DNA from: Octopus sinensis
Lineage: Eukaryota
Direction of reading: 5' to 3'
Assembly (NCBI RefSeq): GCF_006345805.1
Contig: NC_043003.1
Coordinates: 49,104,001-49,168,000 of the forward strand
Length of the DNA stretch: 64,000 bases
In this document: positions 12,900-25,074 of the stretch, one piece after another
Position numbering within the stretch: position 1 is the stretch's first letter
Layout of the letters: every line of letters starts with the position of its first letter
Notes under the pieces: model-generated
Databases searched by the model: none
What the model was told of the DNA's origin: nothing
What the model saw: the letters and a program-made list of their open reading frames with translations, nothing else
Program-made: the position numbers and the translations under genes

Positions 12900-13310
12900 T
12901 AAATTAGTTTTATCGTTCTTCAAAAGATAAAGGAGAAGATTGACATCGGTAGAATTTGAACTCAGACCATGAAGAGCAGGAATAATCACCACAAGGCATT
13001 TTTTCGACGCATAACGGTTTTTACCAATTCCTCGCCTTGGAGTAGAAATTTATTTTATCGGCCTTGGAAGAACGAAAGGCGTAGTTGGCTTCGACGGGAT
13101 TTGAATTGGGGACGTTAAGGGCCGGATGAAATTCTGCATAAAATTTTGTCCGGCGTTCAACGATTTTACAAATCCAGCACTTTGGACTAGAACTTTTTTT
13201 TATTGGCCTTGGAAGAATGAAAGGCAAAATTGACCTCAGCAGGATTTGAACTCAAAACGTAAAGAACCGAAACAAGTACCGCAAGGCGTTTTATTTTTGA
13301 CGCTTAAAAA
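12900..13310 (-). mobile_element. Three tandem degenerate SINE family B heads
   Basis: Three ~140-bp units, each with a degenerate GAAAGGCAAAGTCGACCTCGGCGGAATTTGAACTC block. Confidence 0.6.
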
Positions 13311-13360
13311 TTCTACAGATGCAAACAGTATTGGAACCACTTCTAGCTTTATTCTAATAA

Positions 13361-13684
13361 ACTGGCACTCCGTCGGTTACGACGACGAAGGTTCCAGTTA
13401 ATCCGATCAACAGAACAGCCTGCTTGTGTATTTTAATATTGGTTGAGCCCTCCATCACAGACATGCGTGTCCTTAACGTAGTTCACATGGAAATTCAGCG
13501 TGATACAGAATGTGGTAAGACTGGCCCTTTGAAATGCAGGTACTACTCATTTTTGCTGGCTGAGTAGACTGGAGCAATGTGAAATAAAGTGTCTTGCTCA
13601 AGGACACAACCTACCTCCGGGAATCGAACTCATGACGTTACAATCGTGAGCCTAATACACTAACCACTAAGCCACGCGCCTTCA
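13361..13684 (-). mobile_element. SINE family C, head variant 2 (CORE-like)
   Basis: Minus strand: TGAAGGCGCGTGGCTTAGTGGTTAG A-box, GAGTTCGATTCCC B-box, TTGTGTCCTTGAGCAAGACACTT CORE-like motif. Confidence 0.82.
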
Positions 13685-13974
13685 CCAATAATAAACACAT
13701 TTGTACTCGTGACCCAAAGTGAAGCCACACGAGGCTTGTGGAAAAGACTGGTTTCTCATGGTTGGAATAGCTTCTTTTGTTTTTGATTATTGTTGCTTTC
13801 ACTCAGGCTTGAACCGCCATCGTTGCTATCGTTGCGTGCGTCGCCATCGTCATCATCATCATCATTATCATCATCATCATAAGCAACAGTAACAACAACA
13901 ATTTGTTATCGCTACTTATATGAGATATTTGTAAAAGAGGAAACCAAGGCTCGATGGTTGTAATGAATCTTCAC

Positions 13975-14166
13975 TATTCTAGGCACAAGGCTCGAAATTT
14001 TGGGGGAGGGGACCAGTCGATTAGATCGGCTCCAGTATGCAACTGGTGCTTAATTTATCGACCCCGAAAGGATGAAAGGCAAAGTTGACCTCAGCGGAAT
14101 TTGAACTCAGAACATAACAGCAGACGAAATGACGCTAAGCATTTAGCCCGGCGTGCTAATGTTTCT
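13975..14166 (-). mobile_element. SINE family B, tail type 1, 5'-truncated
   Basis: Central block (minus strand) GAGGTCAACTTTGCCTTTCATCCTTTCGGGGTCGATAAATTAAG; tail ...CCTTGTGCCTAGAA. Confidence 0.85.
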
Positions 14167-14400
14167 TATTTCTTTATTGCCCACAAGGGGCTAAACATAG
14201 AAGGGACAAACAAGGACAGACAAAGGGATTAAGTCAATTACATCGACCCCAGTGTGTAACTGGTACTTAATTTATCGACCTCCAAAAGGATGAAAGGCAA
14301 AGTCGACCTCGGCGGAATTTGAACTCAGAACATAGCGGCAGACGAAATACTGCTAAGCATTTCGCCCGGCGTGCTAACGTTTCTGCCAGCTCGCCGCCTT
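14167..14400 (-). mobile_element. SINE family B, tail type 2, full length
   Basis: Head AAGGCGGCGAGCTGGCAGAAACG (A-box), GAGTTCAAATTCC (B-box), tail ...GTGGGCAATAAAGAAATA. The central block resembles Meta/MESC-type SINE domains by recall only. Confidence 0.88.
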
Positions 14401-14469
14401 GATGGATGTGAAGAATGACAAGAAAAAAAGAAAACATAATGAAATAAAATAAAACTGAGGAGAAACGAT

Positions 14470-15860
14470 TAATTAGGATAATGATGGTGATGGTGATGAT
14501 TATGAAGATGATGTGGCTGCTGCTGATGATTATGATGCTGTAGGAGAAAAAAACGAGAGAAAAGCTAAAATATAGACAGAAAATAATTTTTAAAAATGTT
14601 AAAATTTAAATTAAATCAGATTGATTGTTATTACAAAGGTAATTCGATGGAGTAGCTGCGGTGGCAGTGGTGGTGGTGGTGGTGGTGGCAGTGGTGCTGG
14701 AAGTAGTGTCAACGGTGATGTTTCTGTTTGCGGTGGTTGGTGGTGGTGGTTGTGGTTGTGGTGGCGGTGATAGTGGCAGTGGTGGTGGCTGTAGTGCGAA
14801 AGTGGTGGTCAGGTTTGCCGCGGATTGTAATGGTTGTGGTTGCGATGGTTTGTGGGTGTGAGAGTGGTGATGGGCATGGTGGTGGTTGTAGTGGTGAGTG
14901 TAGTGGTGAGGTTGGTAGCGGGTTGTAGCGGTTGAAGTTGTGGTGGTGGGTAATGGTGCTTGTGGTGGTAGTGATTGTGGTGGTTGCGAGTGAGGCAGTA
15001 GGCGATGGGTGAGTGTTGTAGTGGTGACGGGTTTTGGTGGTGGTTAAGGTGGTGGTGATAGTAGAAATTGTACTACTAGTAGTATTATTAGTAGTTGTTG
15101 TAGTCGTAGTGTGTTAGTGGCGGTGGTGGTCTTAACAGTAGTGACGACAGTTGAGAGGTTAGCGGTGGTTGTGGTATAGGAGGTATTATTGACAGTATTG
15201 TTGTTGTTAGTGGTGGTGGTGGTGGTGTTTGTATTGCAGTGGTGGTGGTGGTAATGGAGACGGTGGCATTGGTGGAGACTAACCGCTGTGGGGGTGGTAG
15301 TTGTGGTGGAAGTGGTGGTGGTGGCAGTGGTGGTGGTGATAGTTCTGTCAGCGGACTTCTCTATTAGTTGTGTTGTAATGTTATTGCGGTCGTTGCTGCT
15401 GTTGCATGGTGGTGGTATTGGTGGTAGTTGTGATGGTGTTTCTTGTGGCTGACGCAGAGGTTGATGTCGTAGTAGATGTTATTGATAAATCAGTCAATAA
15501 CAATGGTTAGCATGGTGGTATCGACTGTTGTTGTTGTGGTGGTGGTAATAGAGGTAGTAGTGATGGTGATGGTGGTGATGGAGGTGACGGCAAGGGTGGT
15601 AATGGGGTTGTTGTTGGTGGTAGTTGTAAACTATCTTGTTGCTTGCTTCTTCCTTTGTTTTCCTTTCTTTTTGTTCCCCTCCAAGTCAAAGCCACTAACA
15701 ACTACCTTTCTCTATCACCTGCACCCAAGACCCACCACCACTACCACTACAACTAACATCACATCATCATCATCATCATTAGCAGCAGCAGCAGCAGCAG
15801 TACCCCCTCCAACTTAGCATCGACTTCTTCCTCCTCTTCCTCCTGCTCATCGTTACCACG
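14470..15860. repeat. G/T-rich mixed trinucleotide (GGT/GTA/GTT/GAT) low-complexity tract
   Basis: Directly visible period-3 cryptic repeat. Confidence 0.9.
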
Positions 15861-15869
15861 AACAGTACC

Positions 15870-16089
15870 TATTTCTTTACTACCCACAAGGGGCTAAACA
15901 CAGAAGGGACGAACAAGGACAGACAAACGGATTAAGTCGATTATATCGACCCCAGTGCGCAACTGGTATTTATTTAATCGACCCCGAAAGGATGAAAGGC
16001 AAAGTCGACCTCGGCGGAATTTGAACTCACAACGTAACGCAGACGAAATACCGCTAAGCATTTCGACCGGCGTGCTAACGTTTCTGCCA
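15870..16089 (-). mobile_element. SINE family B, tail type 2, with 9-bp TSD
   Basis: AACAGTACC at both 15861-15869 and 16090-16098. Confidence 0.88.
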
Positions 16090-16212
16090 AACAGTACCAC
16101 GAACAGTATCAAGCACCAGCGCCATCAGCACCAGCACCACCATCATCACCATCGTTATCATTGTCATCATCATCATCATCATCGACGTCGTCGACGTCGT
16201 TACCACAACCAT

Positions 16213-16312
16213 NNNNNNNNNNNNNNNNNNNNNNNNNNNNNNNNNNNNNNNNNNNNNNNNNNNNNNNNNNNNNNNNNNNNNNNNNNNNNNNNNNNNNNNN
16301 NNNNNNNNNNNN
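16213..16312. other. Assembly gap (100 N)
   Basis: Run of N. Confidence 1.
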
Positions 16313-16599
16313 ATATATATATATGTAAATGTAAAGTGATATGGCGTGAAGGAGGGGTAGTGGTGTCGGCTTGGGGTTGATGAACGCTATCTTTGATCAC
16401 CAACTTTGAACTGAGAAGCGTAAACACCTGCAGACTTTCTTAATTTGTTCCATATTAAAGTAGAATTTCACTTTGGTTTTCGAAACCAAATAGTTGGCAT
16501 AAAAAAACGTAAATCAATATTGTTTTTTTTTCTTTTTGTTCGTCTCTCATTTTTCTATTAAAATTGTTAACGTACTGGTTATGGTGATATGAGGTGGGG

Positions 16600-17085
16600 A
16601 GGCGGTTGTTAGGGGGAGGAAGTAGTAGTAGTAGTAGTTGTATTTGCAGTGGTAACAGTAGTAGTTGTAGTACTGATAATTGCAATAGGGATAGTTGTAG
16701 TTGTAGCAGTATTAGTTGTAGTAGTTTTAGCCGAAATAGTAGTAGTAATAGTGGTGGTGGTGGGGTGATGTTGATAGTAGTAATAGTAGTGACAATAGTG
16801 GTAGCAGCAGCAGTAGCAGTGGCAGTGGCAGTAGTGCTAGTAGTGTATAGTAGTAGTAGTAGCAGTAGTAGTAGTGGTGGTGATGATGGTGATGGTAATA
16901 ACAGTAGTGGCAGTAGTGGTAGCAGGAGAAGCAACGGCAGCAGCAGCAGTAGCAGCAGCAGCAGTTGTAGTAGTAGTAGTAGTAGTAGTAGTTGTAGTAG
17001 TAGTAGTGGTGGTGGTGGTGGTGGTGGTGGTGATAATTGTAGTGCAGGAGTGGTAGCAGGAGAGGCAGCATCAACCGCTCATCAT

Positions 17086-17158
<73 letters not shown>

Positions 17159-17160
17159 TC
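16600..17160. repeat. (AGT/AGC/GGT/CAT)n trinucleotide low-complexity tract
   Basis: Directly visible. Confidence 0.9.
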
Positions 17161-17456
17161 TCGTTGTTTATCCTCTTGTTGACCCTAATCGAACAGACAA
17201 TTGATCAAAAATATTTTGACTTTGATCATTCAGCATACATTAAATAAAAAGTTTTTCTTTTCTTTTCTTTTTTTTATACTAATTCTGTACTCCGGACAAC
17301 ATTATTCAATGTGTCGGTTTATTTTTTTATTTTTAAAGAAGAGTAGGATTTAATAGGAAGGAGACTTGTCAGCTTTTTGGCAGAAAAGCAAGATCATACT
17401 TTGAGCCTTCCTCTTAGACTCAACGTTCCTTGATACTTGCTGTTGTCATTGTTGTA

Positions 17457-17490
<34 letters not shown>

Positions 17491-17524
17491 TATTATATTA
17501 TTATTATTATTATTATATTATTAT

Positions 17525-18070
17525 TGATGAGAGGGAGAGCAGCACACGTCATCAGAGCCACGCTCAGGGTACAATTATAATGCCCAATATATCCATCATG
17601 ACTACCCGGGTACACCAGGCACATGCATCACAACCATATGTGCGCGACAAGGTGATCTCATATCAAGATAAACAGCGTATGACTTTGCAGGTGGAGCCCA
17701 GTTAGAATTTTCTTCAGGTCGAGTAAGCTATCGTGCTCAAAAAGACCCTGAATAAGGGTTGTTTAAAGACGATAAACGAAATACCCATGTTTCCAGATGT
17801 GAATTATTCAGACCCCAAAGAATTCCTGTCAACACATGGCTATGCTGCTCCCCTACTACTTCTGCTCGTGATCAGAGATACCCATAACGTCGGTCACTAA
17901 AATGAGATGCTGAGCTGGTTATGGTCAAACCACTGACAAGTAAATCTGCGCTATGGAGCAGAATATTTATTGTAGTCCACCTTTTTCTAAAAAAAACAAT
18001 CATGTACATGGTAACACTTCCAATCAGTTAAGATCAGAAGCCACGAGAGCCACTACCTGGTATTATTATC
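17525..18070. mobile_element. ~550-bp non-coding interspersed repeat bounded by (TTA)n
   Basis: Complex sequence between a long (TTA)n at 17455-17524 and TATTATTAT at 18061. It resembles a common octopus repeat by recall; no ORF. Confidence 0.4.
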
Positions 18071-18075
18071 ATATT

Positions 18076-18310
18076 AGGCATCGAGCTGGCAGAAACGTTA
18101 GCATGGCGGGCAAAATGCTTAGCGGCAGGCATTCCACCCGCCTTTACGTTGTCAGTTCAAATGCTGCGGAGATAGACTTTGCCTTTCATCCTTTCGGGGT
18201 CGATAAATTAAGTACCAATAAAACACTGGAGTGATGCAATGGACTTGTTCCCTCCCCCAAATTTCAGGCCTTGTATCTTCAGTAGAAAGGATTATTATTA
18301 TTATTATTAT
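18076..18310 (+). mobile_element. SINE family B, tail type 1 with (ATT)n end
   Basis: GAGCTGGCAGAAACGTTAGC head, central block, ...CCTTGTATCTTCAGTAGAAAGGATTATTATT tail. Confidence 0.82.
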
Positions 18311-18408
18311 TGAAGACGTTGTACAATAACCAATATTGTGATGTTGCAGACTGAAGATATTGTGTGTACGGGGTGTGTGGTGGTGCTGGTGGTATTGTAC
18401 TGTCTGTC

Positions 18409-18638
18409 GGCGGCGAGCTGGCAGAAACGTTAGCACGCCGGGCGAAATGCGTAGCCGTATTTCGTCTGCCGTTACGTTCTGAGTTCAAATTCCGCCGAGG
18501 TCGATTTTGCCTTTCATCCTTTCGGGGTCGATAAATTAAGTACCAGTTACGCACTGGGGTCGATGTAATCGACTTACTCGTTTGTCTGTCCTTGTTTGTC
18601 CCCTCTGTGTTTAGCCCTATGTGGGTAGTAAAAAAATA
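18409..18638 (+). mobile_element. SINE family B, tail type 2, with perfect 18-bp TSD
   Basis: GGTATTGTACTGTCTGTC at both 18391-18408 and 18639-18656. Confidence 0.92.
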
Positions 18639-18656
18639 GGTATTGTACTGTCTGTC

Positions 18657-19070
18657 AAATCATAACAAGGACCTCTTACACAGTATGCTTGCAGTTCCAA
18701 GTAAAGCCACTAAGATTGTAGAGTATTTCTTAAGTGTCCAGATGTTCCTTCAGGCTTGGTGGTATTGAACCCAATGTTCCGATGACAACAGGAACAGACT
18801 TTATGCTTGACTCTCGCATCTGCCACATCTTAGCGATATCAATTCTCAGGTCTCCATATTTGTTGACTATTTCTCTTTTTTTTTTTTTACGGGAATATTT
18901 TGATTTCCTGGGACTGCTACGTCGATTTTTAGGCACTCTTGTTTGTCCCTCCTAAAGGTTCCTCTATCCAACCTTCGGTGCTCTGGCACCTTGTTAGTCA
19001 GAGTTTCCTTGAGGATCTTTACTTTTCCGTTTTCTCCATTACCTTTTGCGATGTATGTTGGTACCAAGTA
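18657..19070 (-). mobile_element. R4/Dong-like non-LTR element 3' fragment (RLE endonuclease)
   Basis: HRRLDRGTFRRDKQECLKIDVAVPGNQNI (PD..D-type RLE), NKYGDLRIDIAKMWQ..VPVVIGTLGSIP, LLGTASIL. Confidence 0.82.
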
Positions 19071-19197
<127 letters not shown>

Positions 19198-19760
19198 GAA
19201 TGTTTATTAGAACTCTTGCAGAGTATAGAATGCAACTTGTCTGAGAGTCGACAGTATATGTCTCAATTCCTATAAACTTCATGAAGCAGCGTGGAACAAT
19301 TTTCACTGTTGCGTTCCACAATCTCGTCATCTCTTTGGCTAGGTCCTGATATTTCTCAGTTTTATCAGTTTTCTTCATATCCATTCCACTAGCATGCAAG
19401 ATTGCAAATATATGATCGTACAACGTTTATTCTTTCTTTCTCTTCCATCATATCTGGTCTCTCTGCTTGAGGATTACGATCAGTCTCTATGAAAAGATCC
19501 TTTAAAAATTGCAATCATCATTCAACATGAAGGTCCTTCGTTTGTATCCCTATTACTTTTCCGTCAGTTCAAATTCACAGTACTCTCTAATATTCCAATA
19601 CGCTCATTTACCGACACAATCATAACTGCGTTTATATTCTTTTTGTGTTAGCCTACTGCACTCAAAAGATGGTTAATACTTTTGTCTTTTCCACTCATTT
19701 TGCCTTTGCTATCTCACTGTTTTATCAATCTTAGACTTTATCAAATTGTTTCTAATGAAC
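19198..19760 (-). mobile_element. Second, distinct R4/Dong-like RLE element 3' fragment
   Basis: IRNNLIKSKIDKT, decayed CCHC region (ECSRLTQKEYKRSYDCVGK), RPD-like segment, KTEKYQDLAKEMTRLWNATVKIVP, ILYSARVL, then a (TAA)n tail. Confidence 0.78.
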
Positions 19761-21410
19761 AACAACAACAACAACAACAACGGTATAATAATTAGTTGTA
19801 GTAGTATTGGTAGTAACAGGTTGTTGTACTATTAGTAGTAGTATTAGTGTTACCAGTAGAATCAGTGGTGCTTGCAGTATTGCTGACGGTGGTGAGATGT
19901 TGACATTTATAGTATAAGTATGAATATCCGCCTCTTATCCCCTCTCCAAGCCCCTGTAGAAATTTTTAAAGGCCTTGTTTTTAGGTCTGGCCCCACGATG
20001 TCAAGCAAATGGAACTTAGTGCATCTGCTATATCTGGCGCAGGTCTCTGCCAGGAAACATTATTCTCCTGTGGTAGTAAAACCTCAAGGAGAAGGGCTAT
20101 CGAAATCAACAAGATGAAATTTTGTTTTATCTTCAAATCGGGGGATGTTCTGAATGAATTTAAAAAAAAAGGGTCCAGCAAGAAGACTTTTTTTTCCAAA
20201 GTATGCTGAAGTTATGAACTGGCTTTTTGTTGAGCTGGAAATAAACTCGAGTGCAGACATAGAAAATGAATGATTGTAAGACAATACAGTCTTGTGATTT
20301 GCCGTAAGCATGAGTAAATGCCAAACTTATATAGGGAAGACACAAAATTGATAGATCATCCCCAGCATATCACTGGTACTTATTTTTATAAATCCCGGTG
20401 AAATATGATCTTAGAATGTAGATGTAATAAATCAGGCACTATTCTGTTTCTTAAAGTTTTCTTTTTTTTTCATCATTTACTCTGATGGGGTCTTTTTCAA
20501 TATTGGAGAGGTGAAGGGAGTAGATAATTATATGACTAGAGATTTGTTCCGAATGCTTGCAATAGAGTGGAAACCACGAAAGGAATTCAACAGACGGGTG
20601 GTCATGTATACTGTGCGACTGATAAAATCTACAAACTTGAATAAACAAGAACACTCTCCCAGAGGGGCTTCCACAGAGACATTTTCATTAAGGAGGCTTC
20701 ATTTGACAAGAAGTACTATAAAAACACTTGTCTATAATGCAGCACAATGGGATTGATCCTAGAATCAGATAATTTCCAAGCGAACTCATTTACTACATAG
20801 CCAATTATTCCTCCACCGTATACGGTATTTAGCGGCGAATATTTATATAGAATTCGCGAAACTGATCTAGAAATAAATAATCATTATTATTCAGTAGACG
20901 CCTCAAACAAATTTCTGAAATGCAGTTCCATATAGTATCATGGTCCATAGGTAACTGTTAAGTAGGTTTTGTATTCCTGCGGAAACAAAGCCGTTGTGTC
21001 CCAGTGATTAAATAAAAAGATCAATTATTGACCAACCTGCACTGTTTCCAGAGACCAGCATTAAAATATTGAATTCACTTTTGTTCAAAAATTGATTGAA
21101 TTCAGGATTAATTATGAACTGTTCGGAGTACAAAGGGGAAAAAGACAAGAAAAGAACAAAACAAAACAAAAACAAAAAAAAAACAAGCAAAAAGAGCACC
21201 AGGAGTAACATTCACAAAACAATAATTATAGAAAAAAACAAACAAACCGAAAAAGTAAAAAAACAAATCTATAATTGTTTGGTATGCTATTCAGAAGTAC
21301 ATGCAAACATATATTCAGATATGCATGCATGTATACATACATAATTTCATGTGCGTATGTGTGTGCGTGTGTGTGCATATGTATATATACATATGTATAT
21401 ACATATACTT

Positions 21411-21457
<47 letters not shown>

Positions 21458-21601
21458 CATACATATAATGGGCTTCTTTCAAATATTTATAGATACAAAC
21501 ATACATACATACCTACCTACATACATACATACATGCATACATACATACACACATACATACATACATACATACATGCATGCATGCATACATACATACATGC
21601 A

Positions 21602-21633
<32 letters not shown>

Positions 21634-22514
21634 AACATACATATATATATATATGTATATATTTATATTCATTACATACACACCTATATGCATATAAAAG
21701 TACATGCGCTTGTGTTGGTGGCTAGTTAGCGGTCATTGTTTTCGCAGACTACACGCATTCTCTTTACCGAAACTACTAGACATCTAATTAATGCCATAGC
21801 TATAAAATCTTCAATTTCTTTGAAATCCAGTTCTAATTCCAATTTTTATTACCATTATCGAGACCAGATTGCTTTATTACTACATATCACAACAGCGAGG
21901 CCAACTTCAATATCCCGACTGTGAAACGAATCTGAATATTTGCTATTAAATTCCATGAGCTTTATCATAATATTGCATTTTGAATTCAGTCTCGTAGACT
22001 GTTTGTTAATGACAATAGATTGAAGTCAAAGCAAATTACAGTTGGATTAAGAATGAAACAAATACATCTCTTTTACTTTCACGCACACATACTCTCTACT
22101 GGTGGACGTTGCTCTCCACCGAGTCCATCAATCAGCCGCACTCGCCTTCTCTAAGTCTGAATACCTTTCCTCCGCATCGTCCACTCTGCAAATCCACTCT
22201 CTTTCGTAACTTCCATTTTTCTACAATATGGTTCCGACTCCTAGCGTCTTCTTTTTGAATCCCCGGTCAAACAGGTTGACCGCTAGTTCAGAGAAGAGAG
22301 ACAAGGAGTCAGTGAAAATGGTCAAACTAGTTAACCATTTTGACTACACTTCCACGAATCTAATATATTTGCATTGCTTGTAAGTGTATAGGTGGAAGAG
22401 AGTCTCCTTGAGCCTTTCTTGAGATTCGTAGCGACACATACGTCCTTAAACATATAATTCAACATTATAACTTGCCGGTCACTTCTCTAACCACCTCTCA
22501 ATCTGTACTCTTTA

Positions 22515-22640
22515 AGGCGTAGGAGTAGCTGTGTGGTAAGTAGCTTGCTTACGAACCACATAGTTCTGGGTTCAGTCCCACTGCGTGGCACCTTGGGTAA
22601 GTAGACGGAAACTGAAAGAAACCCGTCGTATATATGTATA

Positions 22641-22724
<84 letters not shown>

Positions 22725-22948
22725 TATGTGTGTGTGTTTGTGTGTCGGTGTTTGTCTCACCCCAACATCGCTTGACAACCGATGCTGGTGTGTTTACGTC
22801 CCCGTAACTTAGTGGTTCGGCAAAAGAGATCGATAGAATAAGTATTAGGCTTACAAAGAATAAGTCCTGGGGTCGATTTGCTCGACTAAAGGCGGTGCTC
22901 CAGCATGGCCACAGTCAAATGACTGAAACAAGTAAAAGAGTAAAAGAG
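22515..22948 (+). mobile_element. SINE family A with ~50-bp internal deletion in the CORE-like block
   Basis: CCTTGGGTAAGT is joined directly to AGACGGAAACTG; otherwise the full consensus. Confidence 0.88.
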
Positions 22949-23150
22949 CAACACTACGACTAATGAGATACACAAACACCGGATAAAATGCAAATGGTTT
23001 ATCCTTAACCTAGCAACCTCACATCCGAAGGCCTCAATATACACCGAATCTCTTGTGTCTCTAGCTTTTGTTCTCCAATGCACCCCATCCTAATGTTTTT
23101 GTCGTTGTATTTTGCCTGCATTGTCCTATATATTCTTTTATTTCTTCTGT

Positions 23151-23354
23151 TTCTTTTCCTTGTTTCAGTCATTTGACTGCAGCCATGCGGAGTACCGGTT
23201 TAGTTGAACAAATCGATCCCATTACATATTCTTTTGTATGCCTAGTACTTATTCTATCGGTCACTTTTGTTGAACCTCTAAGTTACGGGGACGTAAACAC
23301 ACCAGAATCGGTTGTCAAGTGATGGTGGGGCAGGGACAAACACAGACACACTCA

Positions 23355-23437
<83 letters not shown>

Positions 23438-23578
23438 GACGAGCTTTTTTCAGTTTCCGTCTATCAAATCCACTCACAAGGCCATAGTAGAAGACACTTG
23501 CTCAAAGTGCCACGCAGTGGGACTGACCCCGGAACCATGTGGTTGGGAAGCAAGCTTCTCACACCCCACATCTGCGCC
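23151..23578 (-). mobile_element. SINE family A
   Basis: Homologous to 2051-2465, more diverged. Confidence 0.85.
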
Positions 23579-23579
23579 A

Positions 23580-23633
<54 letters not shown>

Positions 23634-23691
23634 ATATAATATATATATATATATATATATACATGCATGCATACATACAAATATACATACA

Positions 23692-23730
<39 letters not shown>

Positions 23731-23768
23731 CACATGCATGCATACTACAAACATACATACATGCATAT

Positions 23769-23820
<52 letters not shown>

Positions 23821-23828
23821 TATGTATT

Positions 23829-23925
23829 ATATCTTTAATCTTTTATCTTTTACTTGATTCAGTCATTAGACTGCAGCCATGCTGGGGCACCGCCTAGAAT
23901 TTTAGTCGAATGAATCGACCCCAGT
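23829..23925 (-). mobile_element. SINE 3' tail fragment (family A-related)
   Basis: TCAGTCATTAGACTGCAGCCATGCTGGGGCACCGCC...TCGACCCCAGT. Confidence 0.7.
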
Positions 23926-24149
23926 ATATGTATATATATATATATATATACATATATATATTAATATAAATATTATGTATGTGTGTGTGTGTGTGTTTGT
24001 GTGTGTGTGTGAGTGTGTGTGTGTACGCACAGAACATAAAGCTACACATTATACATATATACATGTACAATACTTACTAATAATGTTATTGATAACCACA
24101 GTCATTTCATCCACACTCTCTCTCTCTTCCTCTCTATGAATGCATGTAT

Positions 24150-24845
24150 AAACAACGATGCATCTTTCCAGGTACATATTACTAAGTTGGCAATAAAATG
24201 CAGGCGACAGACCTGATGGGTCCTTAGCATTTTCAGAACAAAAAGCAGGAAGCATGATGGATCTCTGGAGGACATTTGTTCTTAGTTGTTTAGACTACCG
24301 CTCCTAATGATGGTCACCACGCAGTGTAAAATTAGCAGCGAAACTCGAAGTAATCCAGCTAAGCTATACAAGGAAGATCGTCACAGTGTGTCAGATCAGC
24401 TACCGTAAAAAAGCCTGGCAAAGTTAAAACTCTTATCCCTAGAACGTAGGCGGGGAAACTATGCAGTGATATACACCTGGAAAATCTTGGAAAAACTTAT
24501 ACCATCTTTAAGCACGAGAAGTTATACGACCATCTGAACAGGGCGGCTCTGCATAGTGCCAAAGGTCACCATCAAGATACATCAAGATACAAGACCAACT
24601 ATTGCAAAAACTGTGTGATGTACATAGGGTGGAGATAGATGCCATCAAGGTAAATCATAACTGGATTTCCTTCAGTCAAGAATTCCGGTGGAACCTACGT
24701 CGCGGCAGGAATCGCAAACGAGAGCAACAACATCAGACTTCCTCATCCATCAAATGCCACATATCAGATGAAGATTGAAGCAACGGAACTAATGGCAGTG
24801 CCCCAGCATGGCCATAGCCCTCGAACTGAAACATGTAAAAGAGTA
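24150..24845 (+). mobile_element. CR1/L2-like LINE 3' fragment with terminal tail
   Basis: DASFQVHITKLAIKCRR, TFVLSCLDY..WSP, KLKLLSLERRRGNYAVIYTWKIL, GRLCIVPK, IPVEPTSRQE, followed by a 3' UTR ending CTGAAACATGTAAAAGAGTA. Confidence 0.78.
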
Positions 24846-24974
24846 TATGTACATATAACACGAAGTAGATAAAGCTATGAGTAATAGCGCATATATATTG
24901 GATCAAAAGAACCCTTTGGAGATAAAAAATTTATCTCTCTGTTTGTTCGTCTGTCCGTCCGTCCGTCTGTCTGT

Positions 24975-24984
24975 CTGTTGTCCG

Positions 24985-25073
<89 letters not shown>
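24975..25073. repeat. (TATC)n microsatellite
   Basis: Directly visible. Confidence 0.95.

Positions 25074-25074
<1 letters not shown>

Noticed and set aside
13600-13684. tRNA-like sequences with A and B boxes (also in all SINE heads)
   Set aside because: They continue into SINE bodies and lack a complete acceptor stem and terminator; not tRNA genes.
14470-17160. Poly-V/G/S/L ORFs
   Set aside because: Cryptic triplet repeats around an assembly gap; no complex coding sequence.
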